Shown here: one piece after another, positions 9,079 through 18,362 of the stretch
Position numbering within the stretch: position 1 is the stretch's first letter
Layout: each line of letters starts with the position of its first letter
NCBI GenBank assembly: GCA_005954745.1
Contig: CP040681.1
Span: 1 to 32,000 of the forward strand
DNA from: Halostella pelagica
GTDB lineage: Archaea; Halobacteriota; Halobacteria; Halobacteriales; Natronoarchaeaceae
Direction of reading: 5' to 3'
DNA length: 32,000 nt
Notes under the pieces: model-generated
The model's input: the letters and a program-made list of their open reading frames with translations, nothing else
Databases searched by the model: none
Told to the model about the DNA's origin: nothing
Position numbers and translations under genes: made by a program

Positions 9079-10442
9079 TGGAGCTAAGCAGGAACGAAAC
9101 AACCAAACTGTACGGGACGGAGAGCGCGATAGAGGACCGGCGCGAGGCGTTCGTCGACGGCGACGTACCGGTCGCGGTGTACGGACTGGGAAAGATGGGT
9201 CTCCCGCTCGCGGTCGTCTATGCGGGCGTCACCGGCAACGTCGTCGGGGCTGACGTCGACCGTGATGTCGTCGACAGGATCAACGACGGCGGCTGTCCCG
9301 TCGAGGGCGAACCGCGTCTCCCGGAACTCACCTCCGCCGCGGTCAACGCGGGGGCGTTCCAGGCGTCCGACGACCCCTCCGCGGTAGCGAACGACGCGAG
9401 CGTTCACGTCGTCATCGTCCCGACGACGCTCCGCGACGACTACCATCCGGACCTTTCGAACCTCCGGACGGCAGTTCGCGACATCGCATCGGGTCTCGAC
9501 CCGGGCGACATGGTCGTCGTCGAGTCGACCGTCCCGCCGCGAACCTGCGAAGACGTCATCGAGCCGGTCCTGATAGAGGAGAGCGGTCTCGCGGCCGACC
9601 AGTTCGGCCTCGCGTTCTGCCCGGAGCGAACGTCCAGCGGACGGGCGCTCAAAGACATCCGCGGAGCGTATCCCAAGATCGTCGGCGGCGTCGACGCGGA
9701 AAGCACGGTCGTCGCGGAGACTATCTACGACGAACTCACCGTCAACGACATCGTTCCGGTCAGCGACGCCACGACGGCGGAGTGCGTGAAAGTGTTCGAG
9801 GGCGTGTACCGGGACGTCAACATCGCTCTCGCGAACGAACTCGCAACGTTCACTGACGAGCTAGGCGTCGATGTCAACGAGGCTATCGAAACGGCGAACA
9901 CCCAGCCGTTCTGTGACATCCACGACCCCGGGGTCGGCGTGGGCGGCCACTGCATCCCCTACTACCCCTACTTCCTGATCAAGGAACTCGCGAGCGACGC
10001 GCCGATGCTGCGGACGGCGCGCGACGTGAACGACGAGATGCCGCTTTTCGCGGTCAGAAAACTCGTCGAAGGGTTACAGCGCGCCGGCAAACATATCGAG
10101 GACTCGGCGATACTCGTCCTCGGCGTGACGTACCGGGCGGGCGTCGCCGAGACCCGCAAGACGCCGGCACGGCCGATAGCCGAGAAGCTGAACCAGTTCG
10201 GCGCGACTGTCGTCGCGGCCGACCCGATGATCGACGACTTCTCCGAGTTCGACGTGTACGGTGCGGCGACCGACTCCGTCACCGACCTGGACATCGACGG
10301 GGCGATACTGGTGACGGACCACGAGGAGTTCGAGACGCTCGACTGGAACGCCTTCGACGAGAACATGGTCGTCGTAGACGGCCGTGACGCGCTCGAACTC
10401 GGTGACACCGACCACCACGTCTACACGATCGGGAGCGGGTAA
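9078..10442 (+). CDS. nucleotide sugar 6-dehydrogenase (UDP-GlcNAc/UDP-ManNAc dehydrogenase, WecC/WbpA-like)
   Basis: 454 aa; VAVYGLGKMGLPLAVVYAG, STVPPRTCEDVIEP, FCPERTSSGRALKDIRGAYPKIVGG, GVGGHCIPYYPYFLIKE, LGVTYRAGVAETRKTPARPIAEKL. Confidence 0.92.
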   Translation: MELSRNETTKLYGTESAIEDRREAFVDGDVPVAVYGLGKMGLPLAVVYAGVTGNVVGADVDRDVVDRINDGGCPVEGEPRLPELTSAAVNAGAFQASDDPSAVANDASVHVVIVPTTLRDDYHPDLSNLRTAVRDIASGLDPGDMVVVESTVPPRTCEDVIEPVLIEESGLAADQFGLAFCPERTSSGRALKDIRGAYPKIVGGVDAESTVVAETIYDELTVNDIVPVSDATTAECVKVFEGVYRDVNIALANELATFTDELGVDVNEAIETANTQPFCDIHDPGVGVGGHCIPYYPYFLIKELASDAPMLRTARDVNDEMPLFAVRKLVEGLQRAGKHIEDSAILVLGVTYRAGVAETRKTPARPIAEKLNQFGATVVAADPMIDDFSEFDVYGAATDSVTDLDIDGAILVTDHEEFETLDWNAFDENMVVVDGRDALELGDTDHHVYTIGSG

Positions 10443-10444
10443 CA

Positions 10445-11476
10445 ATGTACCGGGGCAAGACAGTCGGCGTTGTCGTGCCGGCCTACAACGAGGAGGGGTT
10501 CGTGGGTGACGTGATAGACTCCTTGCCGGAGTTCGTCGACAAGGTGTACGTCGTCGACGACTGCTCGACTGACGGGACCTGGAAGGAGGTCCAGCGACAC
10601 GCAGCGAAGGCGAACGCGCGGCGAAGCGACCCGCCGATCCCCGACGGCGGCGTCGGGTCAAACGACGATGTCGAAGCGGACGGCGGCGTCTCTCTCGACT
10701 CCCGCGTCACGACGATCCGCCACGACGAAAACAGCGGCGTCGGTGCTGCGATCAAGACCGGGTACGCCCGCGCCCGGGAGGCCGGCCTGGACGTAACCGC
10801 GGTGATAAACGGGGACGGGCAGATGGACCCGGATATTCTGGACCGGATCATCGACCCCGTCGTCAACGGAGAGGCCGACTACTCGAAAGGGAACCGTCTG
10901 CTCTCCGCTTCCCACCGCGATGGGATGTCCAGTTGGCGGCTGTTCGGCAACTCGATACTGACTTTCCTCACGAAGATAGCGAGCGGGTACTGGCGGATGG
11001 TCGACCCCCAGAACGGCTACACGGCCATCTCCCTTCGGGCGCTCGAACGGTTAGACGTCGATAATCTGTACGACGAGTACGGGTTCCTGAACGACGTTCT
11101 GGTCAAACTGAACACCCACGGGTTCCGGGTCGCCGACGTTCCGATGGAGGCACACTACGGGAACGAACAGAGCAACATCAAATACGCCGACTTCATTCCG
11201 CGGCTGTCTCTGTTGCTCTTCCGGAACTTCCTGTGGCGTCTCAAGATGAAATATCTCGTGTACGACTTCCATCCCCTCGTTCTCCTGTACACGTTCGGAG
11301 CGCTGAGTTCGCTCTCCGGCGTGGCCCTCGCAGGGGTCACGTTAACGGGGATGGACTCCGTAGTCACGGGCAGTGCGCTGTCGATACTGCTCGTCCTGTT
11401 CGGGGGGACACTATGTACGCTGGCAATGATATTCGATAAGCAGCACAACGAAAATCTGGAACGAAGAACCTGGTGA
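10445..11476 (+). CDS. glycosyltransferase family 2 with C-terminal TM helices (dolichyl-phosphate sugar synthase-like)
   Basis: 343 aa; VGVVVPAYNEEGFVGDVIDSLPEFVDKVYVVDDCSTDGT, INGDGQMDPDILDRII, NPQNGYTAIS-like, two C-terminal hydrophobic segments. Confidence 0.9.
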   Translation: MYRGKTVGVVVPAYNEEGFVGDVIDSLPEFVDKVYVVDDCSTDGTWKEVQRHAAKANARRSDPPIPDGGVGSNDDVEADGGVSLDSRVTTIRHDENSGVGAAIKTGYARAREAGLDVTAVINGDGQMDPDILDRIIDPVVNGEADYSKGNRLLSASHRDGMSSWRLFGNSILTFLTKIASGYWRMVDPQNGYTAISLRALERLDVDNLYDEYGFLNDVLVKLNTHGFRVADVPMEAHYGNEQSNIKYADFIPRLSLLLFRNFLWRLKMKYLVYDFHPLVLLYTFGALSSLSGVALAGVTLTGMDSVVTGSALSILLVLFGGTLCTLAMIFDKQHNENLERRTW

Positions 11477-11484
11477 GAGCATCA

Positions 11485-12546
11485 ATGAAAGTACTGACCG
11501 TCGTCGGTGCACGACCGCAGTTCATCAAGGCGTTTCCGGTTTCGCAGGCGCTTCGAGAGTCACACGAAGAGGTGTTCGTCCACACCGGACAGCACTACGA
11601 CGAAGGCCTCTCGGACATCTTCTTCGAGGAACTTGCGATCCCCGAACCGGACTACCATCTCGGTGTCGGGTCGGCGTCGCACGCGACCCAGACCGCCGAG
11701 ATGATGACTGGAATCGAATCGCTGATCGACGAGGAGTCCCCGGATGTCGTCCTCGTTTACGGGGACACGAACTCGACACTGGCCGCGGCGATCGTCGCTG
11801 CCAAGGAGGATGTCGCGATAGCGCACGTCGAGGCCGGCCTCCGGAGCGAGAACTGGTCGATGCCGGAGGAGGTAAACCGCGTTCTCACCGACCACGCGTC
11901 GGACCTCCTGTTCGCCCCCAGCGAAAGCGCCGCGGAGAACCTCCGTGAAGAGGGTCTCACTGCCGGAGTGCACGTGACCGGCGACGTGATGCACGACGCG
12001 GTTCTCCACGCTCGAACGCGGGCGCAAGACTACTCGTCTATTACCGACGACCTCGGCGTCGACGACGGCGAATACGTCCTCGCCACGGTCCACCGCGCCG
12101 GCAACACTGACGACCCGGAGCGCCTCGAAGCTATCATGTCGGGTCTGTCGGCGTCACCGGCCCCCGTCGTCTTTCCGGCGCACCCGCGGACCGTCGGCGC
12201 ACTCGAGCAGCACGGACTCTGGGAAACGTACGCCGACGAGATGCGACTGATCGAACCGGTCGGATATCTCGATTTCGTTCGACTGCTCGACGGGGCCGAA
12301 CGCGTCGCCACGGACTCCGGTGGCGTTCAGAAGGAGGCGTTCTATCTGGACACCCCCTGCGTGACGCTTCGTAACGAGACGGAGTGGACCGAAACCGTCG
12401 AGTGCGGATGGAACGTTCTCGTCGGCGCGCGGGAGTCGGATATCCGCACAGCGTTGACCCAGCAGTTCGCCCCGGAAGAGAATCCTCCCCTGTACGGGGA
12501 CGGTACTGCCGCCACGAGAATACTGGATGCCCTCAACTATGCGTGA
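11485..12546 (+). CDS. wecB: non-hydrolysing UDP-N-acetylglucosamine 2-epimerase (WbpI/WecB family)
   Basis: MKVLTVVGARPQFIKAFPVSQAL, HTGQHYDEGLSDIFFEEL, VYGDTNSTLAAAIVAAK, AHVEAGLRSENWSMPEEVNRVLTDHASDLLF, RNETEWTETVECGWNVLVG; alternative GTG start at 11473. Confidence 0.92.
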   Translation: MKVLTVVGARPQFIKAFPVSQALRESHEEVFVHTGQHYDEGLSDIFFEELAIPEPDYHLGVGSASHATQTAEMMTGIESLIDEESPDVVLVYGDTNSTLAAAIVAAKEDVAIAHVEAGLRSENWSMPEEVNRVLTDHASDLLFAPSESAAENLREEGLTAGVHVTGDVMHDAVLHARTRAQDYSSITDDLGVDDGEYVLATVHRAGNTDDPERLEAIMSGLSASPAPVVFPAHPRTVGALEQHGLWETYADEMRLIEPVGYLDFVRLLDGAERVATDSGGVQKEAFYLDTPCVTLRNETEWTETVECGWNVLVGARESDIRTALTQQFAPEENPPLYGDGTAATRILDALNYA

Positions 12547-13444
12547 TGACCACGCGTTCGCGCTGTGTCTGACACACGACGTCGATAGGCCGTTCAAAAC
12601 CTATCAGTCGATCTATTACGCGTTGCAGGAGCGGCCGTTGTACCATCTCAAAACGGCGATCCGGCGGACCAACCCGTACTGGCAGTTCGACGAAATACGG
12701 TCGCTGGAAGCCGAACTCGGCGTTCGCTCGGCGTTTTACTTCCTGAACGAACCGCACCTGTTCAGGGGGACCAGCCCCCGCGAGTGGTTTCGACCGGCAC
12801 GGTGGGTTCAACACATCGGGAGTTACGACGTGGAATCGCCGGAGATCGCCGACGTTATCCGGTGCCTGGACGCAAACGGCTGGGAGATCGGCCTCCACGG
12901 GTCCTTCGACTCATACCGCGACAAGGAACGGCTTCGATACGAGAAGGACGTTCTGGAGAACGTTCTGGGTCACCCCATCGTCGGCGGTCGGCAACATTAC
13001 CTGCATCTGGACGTTCCGGAAACCTGGCGGTACCACGACGACCTCGGTCTCCAGTACGACGCCAGCCTCGGGTCGTCACACGAGTACGGTTTCCAGCACG
13101 GGTACGAACCGCTCCGTCCGTTCGGCGATTCGTTCGTCGTCTTCCCGCTGACCGCGATGGAAACCGCCCTTCCGGACCCCGACGAGGAGTTCGATAAAGC
13201 GTTCGAAGCCTGCGAGGACCTGCTCCTGGAGGCCGCGGCGAACGACGCGGTCATGACGGTGTTGTGGCATCCGAGATACTTCAACGAGGACGAATACCCC
13301 GGCTACCGTCGGCTGTACTATCGTCTCGTGGAGCGGGCGCTCGACCTGAACGGCTGGGTCGGTCCGCCCGGCGACCTCTACCAGCAACTGATGTCGACGG
13401 AGGAGCGTGCGGAACGGGGTATGGAGAGGATAACAAAGTTCTAA
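12539..13444 (+). CDS. polysaccharide deacetylase-like protein
   Basis: start ATG at 12539 (in frame with tracked ORF 12527..13444), 8-nt overlap with epimerase; FALCLTHDVDRPFKTYQSIYYAL, VRSAFYFLNEP, GWEIGLHGSFDSYRDKERLRYEKDVLENVLGHPIVGGRQHYL, VLWHPRYF. Confidence 0.75.
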   Translation: MRDDHAFALCLTHDVDRPFKTYQSIYYALQERPLYHLKTAIRRTNPYWQFDEIRSLEAELGVRSAFYFLNEPHLFRGTSPREWFRPARWVQHIGSYDVESPEIADVIRCLDANGWEIGLHGSFDSYRDKERLRYEKDVLENVLGHPIVGGRQHYLHLDVPETWRYHDDLGLQYDASLGSSHEYGFQHGYEPLRPFGDSFVVFPLTAMETALPDPDEEFDKAFEACEDLLLEAAANDAVMTVLWHPRYFNEDEYPGYRRLYYRLVERALDLNGWVGPPGDLYQQLMSTEERAERGMERITKF

Positions 13445-13469
13445 TCCACCTCACCGAGGAACGAACCAG

Positions 13470-14474
13470 ATGAACATCGAACGCCTGACGTTGGACCAGT
13501 GGGCAGACGCCCTACCGTCCGGCGGATTCGACGTGTTTCACACTCCTGAAGCGTTGCGAGTACTCGACGACCACGCCCCCGGGACTATGACGCTACTCGG
13601 CGGGTTCAAGGGACAGCAGTCCGTCGCACTGTTTCCCGCGTTCGTCCGAAAACGGTCTGTCGGCCGGGCGGTCACTTCACCGCCACCGTCGATGAGCGTC
13701 CCACACATGGGACCGATCATCAACCCCAATTCGCCGAAACAGCGCAAGCGGGAGAAACTGAACCGGAAGTTCGCTCGGGGCGTACTCGACGAACTGGACG
13801 CGTCGTCCGCACAGACGCTCTTCCGCGTCGTCACGACTCCCGGATACGGCGACCCGCGGCCCTTCGACTGGGCCGACCTCTCCGTCGAACCCGGTTTCAC
13901 GTACCGGTTGCATCTCGACGGGCGGTCGCTCGACGACGTCATGAGTTCGTTTAGTAGCAGCCTCCGCCGAGATATCCGCAAGGCGAAGGAGTCGGACGCG
14001 GAGATCTCGGTCGAGGGTGTCACGGCGGCCCGTACGGTATTCGACCGCATGGTCAACCGGTACGACGAAAACGACGACACGCTCCCTATCACGTGGCCCT
14101 TCATGCGCGACCTGGTCGACGCACTCGACGACCGGTGTCGCGTGTACGTCGTTCGGACGCCGGACGGCGAGTTCCTGAGCGGTATCGTGACGCTCTTTTC
14201 GAACGACACCGCCTACTTCTGGCAGGGCGGCGCTCGGGCCGACTACGACGGCGTCAGCGTCAACAGCCTGCTCCACTGGGCGATCATCGAGGACGTTGTC
14301 GAGGATCCGGTGCTCGATTCGGTCTACCAGTACGACCTCGTCGGCGCGAACACCGAGCGGCTCTGCAAGTACAAAGCGAAGTTCGGCGCACAGTTGCACC
14401 CCTACTACGTCGTGGAATCCGCCGGTCCGAGCATGGAGATCGCAAAGCGGGCCTATCAGCTCGTCAAGCAGTAA
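13470..14474 (+). CDS. FemAB/GNAT-fold family protein (second copy)
   Basis: 334 aa; GFKGQQSVALFPAF, YRLHLDGRSLDDVMSSFSSSLRRDIRKAKE, YFWQGGARADYDGVSVNSLLHWAIIEDVV...YDLVGANTERLCKYKAKFGAQLHPYYVVE; same architecture as 2445-3449. Confidence 0.75.
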   Translation: MNIERLTLDQWADALPSGGFDVFHTPEALRVLDDHAPGTMTLLGGFKGQQSVALFPAFVRKRSVGRAVTSPPPSMSVPHMGPIINPNSPKQRKREKLNRKFARGVLDELDASSAQTLFRVVTTPGYGDPRPFDWADLSVEPGFTYRLHLDGRSLDDVMSSFSSSLRRDIRKAKESDAEISVEGVTAARTVFDRMVNRYDENDDTLPITWPFMRDLVDALDDRCRVYVVRTPDGEFLSGIVTLFSNDTAYFWQGGARADYDGVSVNSLLHWAIIEDVVEDPVLDSVYQYDLVGANTERLCKYKAKFGAQLHPYYVVESAGPSMEIAKRAYQLVKQ

Positions 14475-14679
14475 CGTCCTCCCCACCGCACTCGTTCCAT
14501 CGCTACCGCGCTCGATCCGTGCGGAAACGGGGTGCTGACGAACTATCGTAGCCACTGAGACGGTTCACACGCTGACCGCATCGCTGTCGTGCGATCAGGT
14601 GTGCATTGAGTTTCAGTGTGTACTATAACTGCAACAGGAACTCCAGTAGCGTATCGCCGGCTCTCGACCACTCTCCTTT

Positions 14680-17163
14680 TCAGGTGAGCCGGCGGACTGC
14701 GACGAATCCCGAGAGACAGACCGCAATCAACGCGACGCCGACACCGAACCCGGACATTCCGTTGCTCTCGCTCGTCCCGTTCGTCGGTTCCTCCCCGCTC
14801 TCGGCTTCCTCGACCCGGACCGTTGCTGTCGCCGCTCTCTCCGCAGTTTCTCCAGCAGTGATCTCGTAGGTCCCCGTCCGGTTAAATCGGACTGTGGCGG
14901 TCACGTCGGCCGATCCGTTAGCCGGGACCGTGACAGACTCAGTGGCGACGGGACCGTCGTCGGTGCGGAACGTAACCGTCCGCGTCAGCGCCGAGTCCCG
15001 GTCGTTACTCACCGTCGCCGTCACTTCGACGGGCGTTCCCGCGGTTACCTTCTGGTCGGTCACCGTGGTCTCTCGGACGACGCCTCCCGTTTCGGCGGGG
15101 ACGACCGCTACCGGCGACGATTCGTCGTTCACGGAGAGAGTCGCCTCCCCGGTTTCGTCGGGGCTGACCGGCACGGTCACGGTTTCCGTTCCGTTCGCGG
15201 GCACTGACACCGTCCGCGACGTGACGTTCTCGCCGTCGAGGGCGACTGAGACGGTTTCCGTCGCGTCGGCGGTGCCCTCGTTCCGCAGCGTTGCGGTCAC
15301 GTTGTTCGTCTCGTCGGCGCGGAGTTCGCCGCCGGTTTCGATGGCCGTTACGCTGACGTTCGGCCGCCGCACCGCGAGTGCGACCGACGAGAACTCGCCT
15401 GTAGTCGCTTCGAACCGGTACGGCTCCGCCGGTTCATCGGCCGCCGTCCCGTTCAGCCGGTGCCACTCGTTGCCCGTCCGCTGGTACAGCGCGGCGTCGG
15501 CGGGACGCTCCAGCGATTCCCCGTCCACTTGAACGGAGTACGTAACCGATTCCATCTCGACCGCCGGCCCGTCACTGACCGAGACCGTTACGGGCACGGA
15601 ATCGGCTCGTAAACCGTCGGCCGCTTCGGTAGTCACGCTCGCGTTGAGGCTCTCGGCGCTCTCGGCGGGGACGAACTCGACGCTAACCGACCTGTTTTCC
15701 CTCCTCTCCCCTACCGGTTCGAACTGGACCGCCTCTCCCGCGCGAACGTTCTGGGCGGTCACCCGTGTGCTGTCTCCATCTCTGACCGTCTCTACGGTGG
15801 TCTCCGGCGGACCGGAGGTATCAGATACCGGGGCACTGCCGGCGGCTCCGCCGCCGCTCGGACTCTCGCCGTCATCGTCCTGATTCCCGTTACCGGCATC
15901 GCCGTTTCCGCCGTCCGGTCCCGATCCGTCGCTGTCATCGTCGCTACCGCTCTCGCCACCGCCATTGTTCCCGTCCCCGCCGTCATCGTCCGCTTCGATC
16001 GAAATCTCGAACGATTCCTCTGCGGTGTTCCCGCTCGGGTCGCTAACGGTGACCGTGACGCTGTAACTACCCGCCTCGTCGAACGTGCGGGTGATCTCCT
16101 CGCCGGTCACCGACTCGGTGCCGTCGAAGGTCCACCCGACCGAGGCGACCCGGTGATCGTCGCTCGACTCGCTCGCACTCAGCGTCAGCGTCTCGCCGGC
16201 AGTCCCGCTATCCGGAACGTCAGCCGCGACGGTCGGCGCTGTCTCGTCGGTCACGTCGACCGCGGTCTCGGCGGTATCCCGGTTGCCGTTCCCGTCGACG
16301 ACGGTGACCGTTACGGTCCGTTCACCCGGTGTGTCGTACCCGTATCCGGTCGACGGTTCCGCAGTGGTCCGATCAACCGCTCCGTCGCCGGTCAGATCCC
16401 ATCGGTACTCCGCGATGTTCTCACCCGCCGAACCGCTGGCGTCGAACGTGGCTTCGTCTCCTAGCTCCACGGAACCGGGAGATGCCGCGAGCGAGGCCGA
16501 GGGCGACGCACGGTCGCATCCGCCCGTTCGAACCGTCGCCGAACTGTCCATCGAGAGGTCGACGTGGTCACCGTCGGCGTCGCGGGCCGTCCAGCCTCGG
16601 ACTCCGTCGCTGAACTCCGCTTCGACGGTGATACCGTCCGGTCCAACCCCGCGGAACGCGCCACCGTCCGTGCGGTTTTCCTTCCAGTACCACTCTACGG
16701 TGCTTGCGTCGCCGTCGCGAACGAAACTATCGTTCCGTCTGGGGTAGTCGTCGTCCTCGACGGCCCACTCGCCGTTCTCGGGGAGGTCGGTCAGGGTCGC
16801 GTTTATCTGTCCGCCGCCCTCTCCGTCTCCGAGCCTGCCGTGGATGAAGACGAGGCTCGCTCTCTCGCTCCCGTTGTAGACGAAGAGCTGACTTTCGCCC
16901 GTCCGCTGTAGCTCTCTCGTTCCATAGGAACTGTACACGCCGACGTCGTCCGTTTCGTGCGACCGGTAATCGTAGTAGGAACTGACCGATTCGGTGGCGT
17001 CTCCGTACATGGTTAGTTCCCGGCAGTCCCCGTCCTGTACGACGGACGCGGTTCCCTCGTTCGCCGCAGCGACGGGAACGCCGGATATCAGTGCCACGAA
17101 GCTCGCTGTCGTGAGAACCATCGCGAGCGAGATACTCGCGAAACGCGTTGTTTGAGAATGCAT
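14680..17163 (-). CDS. secreted PKD-domain surface protein with PGF-CTERM-like C-terminal anchor
   Basis: probable start ATG at 17163 (MHSQTTRFASISLAMVLTTASFVALISGVPVAAANEG signal peptide); two PKD-like domains (AEYRWDLTGDG...YGYDTPGERTVTVTVVDGNG; VGWTFDGTE...TRTFDEAGSYSVTVTVSDPSG), Gly/Asp/Ser-rich linker, CARDB-like domains, C-terminal GMSGFGVGVALIAVCLSGFVAVRRLT. Confidence 0.85.
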   Translation of the reverse strand: MHSQTTRFASISLAMVLTTASFVALISGVPVAAANEGTASVVQDGDCRELTMYGDATESVSSYYDYRSHETDDVGVYSSYGTRELQRTGESQLFVYNGSERASLVFIHGRLGDGEGGGQINATLTDLPENGEWAVEDDDYPRRNDSFVRDGDASTVEWYWKENRTDGGAFRGVGPDGITVEAEFSDGVRGWTARDADGDHVDLSMDSSATVRTGGCDRASPSASLAASPGSVELGDEATFDASGSAGENIAEYRWDLTGDGAVDRTTAEPSTGYGYDTPGERTVTVTVVDGNGNRDTAETAVDVTDETAPTVAADVPDSGTAGETLTLSASESSDDHRVASVGWTFDGTESVTGEEITRTFDEAGSYSVTVTVSDPSGNTAEESFEISIEADDDGGDGNNGGGESGSDDDSDGSGPDGGNGDAGNGNQDDDGESPSGGGAAGSAPVSDTSGPPETTVETVRDGDSTRVTAQNVRAGEAVQFEPVGERRENRSVSVEFVPAESAESLNASVTTEAADGLRADSVPVTVSVSDGPAVEMESVTYSVQVDGESLERPADAALYQRTGNEWHRLNGTAADEPAEPYRFEATTGEFSSVALAVRRPNVSVTAIETGGELRADETNNVTATLRNEGTADATETVSVALDGENVTSRTVSVPANGTETVTVPVSPDETGEATLSVNDESSPVAVVPAETGGVVRETTVTDQKVTAGTPVEVTATVSNDRDSALTRTVTFRTDDGPVATESVTVPANGSADVTATVRFNRTGTYEITAGETAERAATATVRVEEAESGEEPTNGTSESNGMSGFGVGVALIAVCLSGFVAVRRLT

Positions 17164-17207
17164 CTTGACGAAACCTACTGGAGGCGGTGTTCTTTCAGAA
17201 TGCTGTC

Positions 17208-18329
17208 CTACGGTTTCGTTATATCGGCGCTCGGCTCCGTGAGCCGTCCCCTCTCGGTTTCGTGCCGATGGGCCATCTCGGTCCTGGACTCTATTGAGTC
17301 GGGGTCGGTCGCGATGTCTACGATAACGTCGGTGAGGTTCACCGTCTCGCTCATCAACGTCTCGCGCCGACGCTCCCACCGTTCCGTCGCCGTCTCGTCG
17401 GCGAGTAACTCCGTCGCCGTCTCGGACACCTGGTCGAACGCCCGGAGGTTCCGAACCAGGCCGCGGTTTTCGAGTTCGATGAAGTTACCCATGTCGTCCT
17501 CGCCGACGAAGGAGTTCGACCTGATAGCGGGCGTTCCGAGCAGCGCCGCCTCCGTTACCATCGTCTGCGTGTCCGCGACGAGCAAGTCCGCCTCGGCCAG
17601 TGCGTCGTGGAGCAGCGCCGGGTGGACGTCGAACTCCCGGGCCGGCAGCGAGTCCGTGTCCATCTCCTCCCCTTCGTCGGAGAGCAACACCGTCGCCTCG
17701 TCGGCCAGATCCTCCACCAGTTGTCGCCGTTGCCCGGGGGTAAACCCGCCCTCTCCGACGTCGTGGTGAGAGCCGAAGGCGTTGAACCGCACCAGTACGA
17801 AGCGCTCGTCGGGGTCGAGACCGAGACGGTCGCGGACGTCCCCGGCGGGTTCGTACACGTCCGGGTGGAGATACGCACATTCCTTGAACCCGGGGAACTC
17901 GTAGTGGTCTTCGCCGAGATCCTTCTGGAAGGCGGCGGGGGTCAACATCGCGTCCGCGAACGGCTTCGATATCTTGTGGTCGAGCGACGTGGGTTCCGAG
18001 TCGAGGATGAGTACGACCGGCGAACGCGTTACCGCTCCGGCGTGAGCGGAGTACGCGCCCATTCCGAACACGAGATCAGGGTCGAACCGGACGCCGTAAC
18101 TGAATATGTTCCGGTAGTGGTTCGGCAGGTTACGCAGTAACGAGTATTTGCTCGTATCACACTGACCGTACGTCGTGTACGGCAGGTCGTACCAGTCGAG
18201 CAGTTCCGTCGTACAGCCGTAGTCCCGGGCGAGGATCCGGGCGTCGTGACCGCGGTTCCGTAGCTCTCTCACCGCGTGCTTGTAGAGGTGCACGTGGGCG
18301 GGCGTATTGGTAAAAAACAACTGTCTCAT
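17208..18329 (-). CDS. DUF354 family protein (MurG-like glycosyltransferase fold)
   Basis: 373 aa; MRQLFFTNTPAHVHLYKHAVRELRNRGHDARILARDYGCTTELLDWYDLPYTTYG, LILDSEPTSLDHKISKPFADAMLTPAAFQKDLG, ADLLVADTQTMVTEAALLGTPAIRSNSFVGEDDMGNFIEL. Confidence 0.85.
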   Translation of the reverse strand: MRQLFFTNTPAHVHLYKHAVRELRNRGHDARILARDYGCTTELLDWYDLPYTTYGQCDTSKYSLLRNLPNHYRNIFSYGVRFDPDLVFGMGAYSAHAGAVTRSPVVLILDSEPTSLDHKISKPFADAMLTPAAFQKDLGEDHYEFPGFKECAYLHPDVYEPAGDVRDRLGLDPDERFVLVRFNAFGSHHDVGEGGFTPGQRRQLVEDLADEATVLLSDEGEEMDTDSLPAREFDVHPALLHDALAEADLLVADTQTMVTEAALLGTPAIRSNSFVGEDDMGNFIELENRGLVRNLRAFDQVSETATELLADETATERWERRRETLMSETVNLTDVIVDIATDPDSIESRTEMAHRHETERGRLTEPSADITKP

Positions 18330-18354
18330 CGGATCAGAGTCTGACAGCGGCGAA

Positions 18355-18362
18355 CTTTGTTA
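18355..18362 (-). promoter_or_regulatory. candidate basal promoter element (TAACAAAG)
   Basis: minus-strand TAACAAAG centred ~30 nt upstream of the start codon at 18329. Confidence 0.4.

Noticed and set aside
14893-15532. plus-strand ORFs antisense to the PKD protein (212 aa and others)
   Set aside because: Ser/Thr/Val-rich antisense translation of a PKD/CARDB-rich protein; no independent evidence.
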